NCBI GenBank assembly: GCA_963809895.1 | Contig: CAWELD010000003.1 | Coordinates: 672,001-736,000, forward strand | Length of the DNA: 64,000 bases | Direction of reading: 5' to 3' | From: an uncultured Gemmatimonadales bacterium | GTDB lineage: Bacteria; Gemmatimonadota; Gemmatimonadetes; Longimicrobiales; Gaopeijiaceae | Shown: one piece after another, positions 39,501 to 46,644 of the stretch | Position numbering within the stretch: position 1 is the stretch's first letter | Layout of the letters: each line of letters begins with the position of its first letter | Made by a program: the position numbers and the translations under genes | The notes under the pieces: generated by a model | Database searches by the model: none | What the model was told of the DNA's origin: nothing | The model's input: the letters and a program-made list of their open reading frames with translations, nothing else

Positions 39501-41972
39501 CCCGACGGGCTGCTCTTCTTCAATGGCTTCGGGGGGTTCCGGCCGGCCGGGCGCGACTACGTGATGCACCTTCAGCCGGGCGAGAGGCCCCCGGCCCCGT
39601 GGGTGAACGTCCTGGCCAATCCCCGTTTCGGCGCGCTGGTCTCGGAGAGCGGCAGCGCGTGCACCTGGGCCGCCAACTCCGGGGAGTCCCGACTCACGCC
39701 CTGGTCCAACGATCCGGTGCGCGATCCTGCTGGGGAGGCCCTGTACCTGAGGGATGAGGAGACCGGCGAGTTCTGGTCCCCGACCCCCGGCCCCGTTCCA
39801 GCCGATGCTCCGTATCGGGTGATCCACCGGCCAGGGCGAACGCGGTTCCGCCATCGGAGCCATGGCCTGGACCAGCGGGTGGACGTGTGGGTGCTGGCGG
39901 ACGAAGCGGTGAAGGTGACGGAGGTGAGGCTCGAGAATCGATGGCCGCGGCCCCGGCGAATCACGCTCACCGCCTATGCGGAGTGGGTGCTCGGAGGCCG
40001 GCGTTGGGAGCAGGCTCCGTACCTCGTCACCGAGCTCGGCGAGGCCGAAGACGCCCTTCTCGTCTACAATCCCTTCGCGCCGCAGAAAGGGCTGGCAGGG
40101 GCGTTTCTCGCGACCGACGCTTCCATTCACGGATTCACCTGTGACCGGCACGAGTTCCTGGGATTGGAGGGAGACCGGGCACGGCCCGCCGCCCTCTCCC
40201 GGATCGGCTTGTCCTCCACGACGGGCGGCGGCCTGGATTCGTGCGGCGCTCTGCAGGTCCACGTCGATCTGGAGCCGGGCGCGAGCCGGACCCTGCGGTT
40301 CTTCATGGGCGCCTTCCAGGAACGGGTCCAGGTGGCTCCGTTGGTGAGCCGCCTACGGGAGGAGCGGACGCTGCGGAAGGAGAGGGCCCGGGTCCGAAAG
40401 CACTGGTCCGGGCTCTTGAATCGCACGCGGGTGAGGACTCCCGAGCCGTCCATGGACATCCTCCTCAACGGTTGGCTCCTGCACCAGACGCTGGCTTGCC
40501 GCCTATGGGGGCGCACGGGCTTCTACCAGTCCAGCGGTGCCTATGGCTTCCGCGACCAGCTGCAGGACTCGATGGCGTTCCTGGGCTGCGCTCCCGAGCT
40601 GTGCCGAGAGCGGATCCTCGATGCCGCCGCGCACCAGTTCCCGGAAGGTGACGTGTTGCATTGGTGGCACCCCGACACCGAGCTGGGTGTGCGCACCCGC
40701 TGTTCCGACGATCGTCTGTGGCTGCCTTTCGTGACGGCGGCGTACGTGGAGGCCACCGGCGACCAGGACATCCTGGACGAGACGGTTCCATTCCGGATGG
40801 CGCCCCCTCTGGCGGCGGAGGAGAAGGAGCGCTTCGGCGCCTACACCGAGACCGGCGCTCCGGCATCGCTTCACGAGCATTGCTTGCGCGCCCTGGAGCG
40901 ACCCGGAATCCTGAGTCCCCGCGGGCTGCCTCTCATGGGCACCGGGGACTGGAACGACGGCCTGAATCACGTGGGTCCCGCAGGCCGTGGCGAGAGCACC
41001 TGGCTGGCCTGGTTCCTCGTGCGGCTCTTCCGCGACGTGGGCGGCATCTGCGCCACCCGGGGTGATTCGGAGCAAGCCCGTGCGCTGGCGGACCGGGCCG
41101 ACGCGTTGGCCTCGGCCATGGAGCAGCACGCCTGGGACGGCGCCTGGTACGTGCGCGGAACCTACGACGACGGGCATCCTCTCGGCTCCGCCCGCAACGA
41201 GGAAGGTCGGATCGACTCCCTTCCGCAGAGTTGGGCCGTGCTTTCCGGGGGGGGAGATCCGGCTCGGGCACGCAGGGCGATGGAGGCTGTATGGCGGGAG
41301 CTCGTCGACCACGAGCGGAGCCTGTGCCTCCTTCTCGCCCCACCGTACCACCGGACGAGCAGGGATCCCGGCTACATCAAGAGCTATCCGCCCGGCGTGC
41401 GTGAGAACGGTGGTCAGTACACGCACGCGGCGGTGTGGGTGGCCTGGGCTTTCGCGGCGCTGGGCGATGGGAACCGGGCGGGTCGGTTGTTCCGGTACCT
41501 GGACCCGGTCCTGAAGTCCGATTCCCGCGAAGCCGCGGAGCTCTATCGTGTGGAGCCCTACGTCTCGGCCGCCGACGTGTACGCTGGCCCTGAGCACGCC
41601 GGGCGGGGAGGCTGGACCTGGTACACGGGCTCGGCGGCCTGGCTCTATCGTCTCGGGTTCGAGGCGATCCTGGGGATTCGCTTCCGGCCGGGCGCCCTAC
41701 GCATCGATCCCTGCGTTCCCGCGTCCTGGCCGGGCTTCCGGGTCCGCCACCGCCATGGATCGTCCTGCTACGACATTCGTGTGCGGAATCCCGACGGGGT
41801 GGAGCACGGCGTGATCTCGGCGTCTCTGGACGGCGACGAGGTCGACGCCGACGAGATCCCGCTGGCCGACGATGGGCGTACGCACCGGATCGAGGTGGTG
41901 CTGGGTCGGCGGAGGCCGGTGGCCACGGGCGCCACGCCGGCAGGCGGCGCCGGGGAGTCGGGTGTGCCATGA
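33555..41972 (+). CDS. ndvB: Cyclic beta-1,2-glucan synthase (NdvB/ChvB/Cgs; GT84 + transglycosylase + GH94)
   Basis: 2805 aa; WERKRGKL, TLDADT, LSHDLFEG, RWARGDWQ, RTSPTNIG, STVDSGN, PWGISES, SSGAYGFRDQLQD, GDWNDG, ENGGQYTH, WYTGSA. Confidence 0.93.
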   Translation: MRADAPGLVARAQALARARPGQRAKGAPRAFRRRVRGLRDRVAALMASMAAREAREQVPGVEWLLDNQHMVRAAVEQTVEDLPEAFYAVLPKIDGGPLTRAEAVVRAVPRNGSGFLSVEVARDFVAAFQKVRPLEMAELWAIPALLRLVVVEDILAEGAARVSEQDGAREDRWGERIAAGITTLRGLEEADWKGFFESLSVVERCLRGLDPAGAYAELDFPTRDRYRKAVEELARRGGGSELAVARAAVLMARGEGPQQHVGPFLIGSRRECLEEHLGCRVPWRARVRRRLYQRVGSAYFASVAILSSALVVLMTWPTRGVGPWMVLLAVVAALLPALALSVGVANAIFTRLVPPRTLPRMELADGVPPHARTVVAVPVLLTHLDDLTATLGRMETNYLGNADPNVCVALLADLPDADREQEPRDRVLLQAATTGVRELNARHREEGPGPFLLLVRRRRWNPGEHRWMAWERKRGKLDQLNRWILTGDGQDLELAEGDGSRLDGARYVLTLDADTSLPPDGLVRLVGALEHPMNRPVFGADGSLAAGYTVLQPRVETVADTGASTWFQSVFHGEEGLDLYSHAVSDVYQDLFGDAIYVGKGLYDVEAFARCLDGRVPENTLLSHDLFEGGHGRVGLVTDVTVLEGFPPGAVAFFRRVHRWARGDWQLLPWLFRRVRDAHGHRVPNGLNPLARWKLLDNLRRNLLAVSLLFLAAVGWLVLPGSAKWWTGWVILAPAVPMVLGALGAVPATLGRRRHRSRFRPGSRAPLLVAARAATWVAFLPWRAAVEVDAAVRTLWRLGVSRRHLLEWSSAAHTERIVGRRVSLRFHLRYAYWGPLVAASLVGLLTMARPGSLPAAAILLGLWLLSPIASWMLARPLTGGSGRLHDADLLRIRAFARRTWAYFETFVTPDEHWLPPDHVQLEPDRGVAHRTSPTNIGFGILSAVAAHDLGYLPLTHLAARLANTSDTLERLERHRGHFLNWYDTRDLHPLAARYVSTVDSGNLAACLLATAAALPALAGARQPRASDAHGLADTLRATADECARVGATDVASSLRRRGAALTRGDAPMSFGALVRSALEVREAALRVTTELEAGPADPRPDRVALRTWLSMLDRQAMLLESEIRTLFPWTHPALRPPDSPGAGAWFQAVSATGIPTLREVPAIASSLRGHLDRLSDELPDPWATQMRTALQAAATTAEAALAELSEVEGAARRLAREMEFGFLYDRRRKLLHVGYDVDAGTLDRSYYDLFASEARLASYVAMSKGDLPVEHWLRLGRPFRRSGRSTVLLSWGGSMFEYLMPSLFLHTPRGSLGAHAGARAVDAQVDFARHNRVPWGISESGYAELDAGGRYRYRAFGVPSLRMRRESDERIVIAPYATALALATHPRCALENLERLDDLGLLGPHGFLEAADYGAPPTRPPRRVASVMAHHQGMFLASLHHVLTGGSMVERFHSAPAESTLQYLLQEESPVRVSVTPAPVSTLRSMPGRKELPAPHSWVVDSRAFPPATTVLSNGSLRTTLTAAGAGGLRWNGREAVRWHPDPTVQDLGIWLWVRDLESEDVWSATLAPSWVTPDRYEVRFGGDRVDFNRDDGGLRTRMTVAVAPGNVEVRRVTLVNEGDHDRSLELTSYGEVSLAPVGEDWRHPAFARLFVEAEFVSRHQALLFRRRSEGLQDGPAFLAHGVVGSSGGALIRHHVDRGAFLGRDGRPGVPPGLTAQCGAAAPADEVHAPLDPVFSLTWRIRVPAGGEVAVGFLTAVGSSRRSVLRALDDHRSMDHMDWVFNRAREQERLQLHAVGAIPKEVPLFHRLLSALIHPYHRLRAGGPAAVKEPLRNVLWPMGISGDHPVAILVADDSDDLSGVDVLLRAHDYWERRGVPFDLVVVGRVGDGYEDPVEERVARRLAEAGRMDRLNRGAGVHLVSRSRLGAERLGRLLQAASLVLQGDGRSLEELLQTVDAPREEPPPLIPILSSPPAEYPADPLGPPDGLLFFNGFGGFRPAGRDYVMHLQPGERPPAPWVNVLANPRFGALVSESGSACTWAANSGESRLTPWSNDPVRDPAGEALYLRDEETGEFWSPTPGPVPADAPYRVIHRPGRTRFRHRSHGLDQRVDVWVLADEAVKVTEVRLENRWPRPRRITLTAYAEWVLGGRRWEQAPYLVTELGEAEDALLVYNPFAPQKGLAGAFLATDASIHGFTCDRHEFLGLEGDRARPAALSRIGLSSTTGGGLDSCGALQVHVDLEPGASRTLRFFMGAFQERVQVAPLVSRLREERTLRKERARVRKHWSGLLNRTRVRTPEPSMDILLNGWLLHQTLACRLWGRTGFYQSSGAYGFRDQLQDSMAFLGCAPELCRERILDAAAHQFPEGDVLHWWHPDTELGVRTRCSDDRLWLPFVTAAYVEATGDQDILDETVPFRMAPPLAAEEKERFGAYTETGAPASLHEHCLRALERPGILSPRGLPLMGTGDWNDGLNHVGPAGRGESTWLAWFLVRLFRDVGGICATRGDSEQARALADRADALASAMEQHAWDGAWYVRGTYDDGHPLGSARNEEGRIDSLPQSWAVLSGGGDPARARRAMEAVWRELVDHERSLCLLLAPPYHRTSRDPGYIKSYPPGVRENGGQYTHAAVWVAWAFAALGDGNRAGRLFRYLDPVLKSDSREAAELYRVEPYVSAADVYAGPEHAGRGGWTWYTGSAAWLYRLGFEAILGIRFRPGALRIDPCVPASWPGFRVRHRHGSSCYDIRVRNPDGVEHGVISASLDGDEVDADEIPLADDGRTHRIEVVLGRRRPVATGATPAGGAGESGVP

Positions 41973-43288
41973 AGCACTTCGTCGCCGGTGCCCTGTGGAC
42001 CGTAGGGTACCTCGCCGTGGTTTCGCTGCCGGTGACGGCACTCCTTCTGGGTCCGGTACCACCGGGGCTGGGCTTCTGGTGGGACGGATCCATGGCGGTG
42101 GCCTTCGCCGGACTGGCGGTCATGGGCGCACAGTTCGGGCTGACGGCTCGGTTCCGCCGTGCCACCGCGCCCTTCGGCATCGACATCATCTACTACTTCC
42201 ATCGCTGGATGGCCGTGGGCGGTCTCAGCCTCGTGCTGGCGCACTACGTGATCTTGCGTGCCACGGCCCCCTCCGCGCTCCAGCCCTGGACACCCGGCTC
42301 CGCGCCGTGGCACATGACGGCCGGGCGCATCGCGTTGCTGCTGTTCACCGTGGTGCTGGTCACGTCGTTCTGGCGCAAGGCGCTTCGATTGGAGTACGAC
42401 CGGTGGCGGTGGCTCCACGGCGCCTTGTCGGTGGCGGCCGTCGGGCTCGCCGTGGCGCACGTCGTGGGGGTCTCCTACTACACGCGCGTCCCCTGGAAGC
42501 GAGCGCTCTGGGGCGCCTACGGCGGGGCCTGGGTGATGCTGCTGGCGTACGTGAGGGTCGTGAAGCCGTGGAGAATGATGAAAGCTCCCTGGCGTGTCGT
42601 GTCGGTGCGACCGGAGGTCCCACGCGTGTGGACCGTCACCCTGGAGCCCCAGGGCCACCGGGGCCTGAATTACCTTCCCGGCCAGTTCGCGTGGCTCACA
42701 CTGGGTGGGACTCCCTTCGGCGGGCGCGAGCACCCCTTCTCTATTTCGAGCGGCGCCCCGAGCGACGAGCGCATTGCGTTCACCATCAAGGAACTTGGGG
42801 ACTTCACCCGCACGATAGGTGACACCCGCGTGGGGGAGTCTGCGTGGGTGGACGGCCCGCACGGGACCTTCACGGTGGACCGATATCCGGGCGCGGCGGC
42901 GTTCGGCTTCATCGTCGGCGGCGTAGGCATCGCACCGGTGATGAGCATGCTCCGCACTCTCGCGGCGCGGAGGGACGCGCGCCCGCTGTACGCGGTGTAC
43001 GGCAACGACCGCTGGGACGAGGTGCTGTTCCGTGAGGAATTGGAACGCCTCCGATCGGTGCTGGATCTCCGGATGACGCATGTGATCCGCCGACCGCCGG
43101 CGGGATGGACGGGAGCCTCCGGCCTTCTCAGCGAAGCACTGTTGGAGAGGGCCCTGGCCGGCGCTCCGGCGCGCACCGTGTATTTCCTCTGCGGCCCGAG
43201 GCCCATGAGCGAGACCGCGCAACGCGGGCTGCGACGGATGGGGGTGCCGCTGCATCGGATTCACTACGAGATGTTCGACATGGCCTGA
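41969..43288 (+). CDS. Ferric-reductase-like transmembrane FAD/NAD(P)H oxidoreductase
   Basis: TM domain with His pairs (FHRW...AH; WLHG...AH), EHPFSISS, GGVGIAP, CGP..M, HYEMF; ATGA overlap with ndvB. Confidence 0.88.
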   Translation: MKHFVAGALWTVGYLAVVSLPVTALLLGPVPPGLGFWWDGSMAVAFAGLAVMGAQFGLTARFRRATAPFGIDIIYYFHRWMAVGGLSLVLAHYVILRATAPSALQPWTPGSAPWHMTAGRIALLLFTVVLVTSFWRKALRLEYDRWRWLHGALSVAAVGLAVAHVVGVSYYTRVPWKRALWGAYGGAWVMLLAYVRVVKPWRMMKAPWRVVSVRPEVPRVWTVTLEPQGHRGLNYLPGQFAWLTLGGTPFGGREHPFSISSGAPSDERIAFTIKELGDFTRTIGDTRVGESAWVDGPHGTFTVDRYPGAAAFGFIVGGVGIAPVMSMLRTLAARRDARPLYAVYGNDRWDEVLFREELERLRSVLDLRMTHVIRRPPAGWTGASGLLSEALLERALAGAPARTVYFLCGPRPMSETAQRGLRRMGVPLHRIHYEMFDMA

Positions 43289-43320
43289 GCTCGGAACGCG
43301 GTTCCGGGGAGGTAAGGTTG

Positions 43321-43746
43321 GTGCGTGAGCGATTGGCGGAGCTGGTCAGCGCGCTGGTGGTCTCGATCCTCTTTCTGCTCTCGGCGGCCTTCGCCCGATC
43401 ACAGAACCCGTCGATGCCTCGCGAGTCTGGGGAGCCGACGCTGCCCGTCGGTGGTGCCGGCGCCGAGGTCGTGACGGACACCGTTCCGGGTCGCGACGTG
43501 TACGCCCGGCTCGGCTGCTCCCGGTGTCACAGCATCGGTGGCGTCGGAAATCCCCGGGCTCCGCTCGACGGTGTGGGGGGCCGTCGCACGCCCGAGGAGA
43601 TCCGGGCGTGGACCGTGGGAAGCGCCGCCCTCCAGGATTCCCTGCCGCCGGCAGCGTTCCGGGCGAAGCAGCAATTCGCCACGGTCCCGCCGGCAGAGCT
43701 GGACGCTCTGGTGGCGTATCTGGCTGCACTGAGGCCCCCAGACTGA
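43321..43746 (+). CDS. Monoheme cytochrome c
   Basis: N-terminal hydrophobic segment; CSRCH; ELDALVAYL. Confidence 0.8.
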   Translation: MRERLAELVSALVVSILFLLSAAFARSQNPSMPRESGEPTLPVGGAGAEVVTDTVPGRDVYARLGCSRCHSIGGVGNPRAPLDGVGGRRTPEEIRAWTVGSAALQDSLPPAAFRAKQQFATVPPAELDALVAYLAALRPPD

Positions 43747-43748
43747 GA

Positions 43749-43784
43749 GACGAGCCCCCGCACGGTATCGCGCGGGGGCTCGTC
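43749..43784. terminator. 13-bp hairpin between convergent cytochrome c and tRNA genes
   Basis: GACGAGCCCCCGC / GCGGGGGCTCGTC. Confidence 0.75.
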
Positions 43785-43786
43785 CA

Positions 43787-43859
43787 TGGGCCCGGCAGGG
43801 TTCGAACCTGCGACCTACCGATTATGAGTCGGCTGCTCTAACCGCTGAGCTACGGGCCC
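43787..43859 (-). tRNA. tRNA with CAT anticodon, most likely tRNA-Ile2 (lysidine); no encoded CCA
   Basis: GGGCCCGTAGCTCAGCGGTTAGAGCAGCCGACTCATAATCGGTAGGTCGCAGGTTCGAACCCTGCCGGGCCCA; cloverleaf, ileX-like sequence, no fMet features. Confidence 0.92.
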
Positions 43860-43866
43860 GCGCCTC

Positions 43867-44988
43867 TCATTCTTCCACCAGCATGAGGAGTTGGTCCACG
43901 TCCCAGCTCTCGTCCCGCACCGGGGTGAGGCTGGAGCGGATCCACCGGGGATCGTGGTCCGTCGACGATCGGATCGCCAGGTCCAGCGCCGGGACGGTCT
44001 CACCGGCCACCGCCTTTGACAGCGCCGTCCGGAGACTCCTCTGTCCGTCCTCGTCCAGAAAGTCGGCCAGGGGGCGGGCCAGGAGATCGGTGTGAGCCTG
44101 GCCCATGAGCTTCCGCGCGGGCTCCGTCGCCTCCAGGACGCGCCCTCTGGGATCCAGCACCAGAAGTCGGATGGGGAGGTCCCGGAAGAGCGAGCGAAAG
44201 CGCGCCGCCTCTTCCCGCACGCGGAGCACGCGATCATGCTCGGTGACGTCCTCCACCGCGCCCTCGATGTAGACGATGCCTTCGCCGGGGACCCGGTGGG
44301 CCCTGGCGGTGTTGCGCACGAGGAGCGGGCGCCCGTCGGTGCGATCGAGCCAGGTCTCGAAGGCGCGCACCACACCCTCGGTCTCCAGACCCTGACGGAA
44401 GCGGTCCACGTCGGCGGGCGACACGTAGAACGTGCGGGCGTAGCGTTCCTGCAGGGTCTGTGGGTCGGGCTGTCCGAGCAGTCGCACCAGCGCCGGGTTG
44501 GCCTCCAGGAAACCGCCCTCGGGCGAACAGCGATACAGGCCGATCGGGAGATGGTCGAACATCTCGCGGTGGCGGGCCTCGCTCGCCCTCAAGGCCTGGT
44601 CGGCTCGGGCACGCTCCAGCGCGTAGCGGATCGTGCGTTCCAGCAGGTCCGGGTCGTAGGAGCCCTTCACCAGGTAGTCCGAGGCCCCCGCGCGCATGGC
44701 GTCCATGTCCACCGAGCGCGACCCCCGGCCGGTGATCATGATGATGGGCGTGCGGATGCGCCGCTCCCGGGCTTCGGCGAGCAGGTCCAGCCCGGTGCGG
44801 TCCTCCAGGAAGTAGTCCACCAGGAGCAGATCGTAGCCACCCGACGTAAGCCCTTCCACGGCATCGTCGTAGGTGGAGGCCCAATCCAGGGTCAGGGGCG
44901 GATCCGGGATCTGACCGAGCATGGCACGGTTGGCCTCGTAGTCCGCGAGATCGTCGTCGACCAGGAGGATGCGGATGGGCTCGTCCAG
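43867..44988 (-). CDS. Response regulator REC-PAS-PAS with no output domain
   Basis: IRILLVDDD, LLLVDY, GASDYLVK, two PAS domains; probable CTG start at 44988. Confidence 0.85.
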   Translation of the reverse strand: MDEPIRILLVDDDLADYEANRAMLGQIPDPPLTLDWASTYDDAVEGLTSGGYDLLLVDYFLEDRTGLDLLAEARERRIRTPIIMITGRGSRSVDMDAMRAGASDYLVKGSYDPDLLERTIRYALERARADQALRASEARHREMFDHLPIGLYRCSPEGGFLEANPALVRLLGQPDPQTLQERYARTFYVSPADVDRFRQGLETEGVVRAFETWLDRTDGRPLLVRNTARAHRVPGEGIVYIEGAVEDVTEHDRVLRVREEAARFRSLFRDLPIRLLVLDPRGRVLEATEPARKLMGQAHTDLLARPLADFLDEDGQRSLRTALSKAVAGETVPALDLAIRSSTDHDPRWIRSSLTPVRDESWDVDQLLMLVEE

Positions 44989-45059
44989 AGGGACCTCTCG
45001 GATGGGGTGGGCGGGCGCAGGATTCTACGGAACGGTCGACGTCCCCTCAAGGGTGCGAT

Positions 45060-45422
45060 TCATCCACCATCCACCTCGGGAGGCTTGCGGAGCTTCTTCA
45101 GGCGCCCACGCTGGCGTTTGTTCTCGAGGCGCCGTCGCTTCTCCCGCGCCGGAACCCGGGTGGGAACGCGCGGCGCGTCTTCGTGGACCAGCGCTTCCAG
45201 CTTCGCGCGCAGCCGTTCGAGGGCGATCTGCCGGTTGCGATGCTGACTGCGCTCCCGGCGGCTCTCCACACGAATGCCCGAGGGTCGGTGCACCAGACGC
45301 ACGCCGCTGTCGGTGGTGTTCTGGTGCTGGCCACCCTTGCCGCCGGCGCGGAAGGTCTCGACGCGGCACTCCGCGAGCAGCGCGTCGTCGTCGTCGGGAA
45401 TCGTAATGTCGGCGTCGGTCAT
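45060..45422 (-). CDS. arfB: Alternative ribosome rescue peptidyl-tRNA hydrolase (ArfB/YaeJ-like)
   Basis: GGKGGQHQNTTDSGVRL, RSQHRNR, basic C-terminal tail. Confidence 0.8.
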   Translation of the reverse strand: MTDADITIPDDDDALLAECRVETFRAGGKGGQHQNTTDSGVRLVHRPSGIRVESRRERSQHRNRQIALERLRAKLEALVHEDAPRVPTRVPAREKRRRLENKRQRGRLKKLRKPPEVDGG

Positions 45423-45554
45423 CGTTCGGGGGATCGGCGGGAACGAAGGGGCGTCGCCGGGGTTGCGAGGTGGAGGCGCGCCTCCGCCTATGGCTTCGCC
45501 CCGGATGCTTGAATACCATTGGGCGTTCCCCGTGCTCACGCCACCTCCTCGCCG

Positions 45555-46643
45555 ATGATCATCGACCGCACCGAGCAACACCCGGGCGCGCGCTTCCTCC
45601 TGGTGGCGGCCTGCAGTGTGGTGGTGGTGTGGGGCCTCCAGTTCGCGGCCCCGATCCTGCTGCCCTTCGCGCTGGCGCTCTTTCTGGCGGTGCTGAGCCT
45701 TCCGCTCATGCTCTGGCTGCAGCGCAAGGGCGTGCCGGCGCCGCTGGCCATCGCCCTGGCCGTGTTGGTGGACGTGGCGGTCTTCGGCCTCCTCATCCTC
45801 ATGGCGAGCCAGTCGGTGACGGAGCTCCAGGAGGTTCTGCCCCGGTACATCGCCCGGCTCCAGGACCTGCAGCGGGGCTGGATCAACGCCCTGGAGCAGC
45901 GGCTCAACCTGCCCGGGTATTTCGACGCCGGATTCCTGGATCCGCAGGCCATGGTGGAGTTCGCCGGGAACACGATCCAGCGCGCGGCTTCGCTGCTGTC
46001 GCAGGCGTTCCTCGTGTTCCTGATCATGATCTTCATCCTCGCCGAGGCCGCGGTCTTTCCCGGAAAGCTGCGGGCCATCGTGGGCGAGACCCCGGCCTGG
46101 GAGGACCGCCTCGCCAAGGTGGTCCGGGAGATCCAGGAATACCTGGGGATCAAGACGGTGGTGAGCCTGATGACGGGGCTCATCCTGGGGCTGTGGTGCT
46201 GGGCCATGGACCTGGATTTTCCCATCCTGCTGGGACTTACGGCCTTCGTGCTGAACTACGTCCCGACCGTGGGATCCATCATCGCCGCGGTGCCGGCCAT
46301 CCTGCTCAGCTTCATCCTGCAGGGCACGCTGAGCCACGCGCTCCTGGTCTCGCTGGGGTACGTCCTGGTGAACACGGGCTTCGGCAACATCCTCGAGCCC
46401 AACCTCATGGGGCGCCGCCTGGGGCTTTCCACCCTGGTGGTGATCCTGTCGCTGCTCTTCTGGGGATGGACGTGGGGGCCCGTGGGTGCCCTGCTGTCCG
46501 TTCCCCTGACCATGGTCCTGAAGATCTGGCTGGAGAACACCCAGGACCTGCGCTGGGTTGCGTTGTTGCTGGACAAGCACCCGCCGCAGCAACAACCGGC
46601 CGACGGAGGACCCGCGAACGTGGACGACGATCCCGGAGTGTGA
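45555..46643 (+). CDS. AI-2E family transporter
   Basis: YLGIKT, LNYVPTVGS, GNILEPNLMG, FWGWTWGPVGALLSVPLT. Confidence 0.9.
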   Translation: MIIDRTEQHPGARFLLVAACSVVVVWGLQFAAPILLPFALALFLAVLSLPLMLWLQRKGVPAPLAIALAVLVDVAVFGLLILMASQSVTELQEVLPRYIARLQDLQRGWINALEQRLNLPGYFDAGFLDPQAMVEFAGNTIQRAASLLSQAFLVFLIMIFILAEAAVFPGKLRAIVGETPAWEDRLAKVVREIQEYLGIKTVVSLMTGLILGLWCWAMDLDFPILLGLTAFVLNYVPTVGSIIAAVPAILLSFILQGTLSHALLVSLGYVLVNTGFGNILEPNLMGRRLGLSTLVVILSLLFWGWTWGPVGALLSVPLTMVLKIWLENTQDLRWVALLLDKHPPQQQPADGGPANVDDDPGV

Positions 46644-46644
46644 C

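Noticed and set aside
43787..43859. Initiator tRNA-fMet
   Set aside because: Position 1:72 is paired and there is no GGG/CCC anticodon stem; the sequence is ileX-like.
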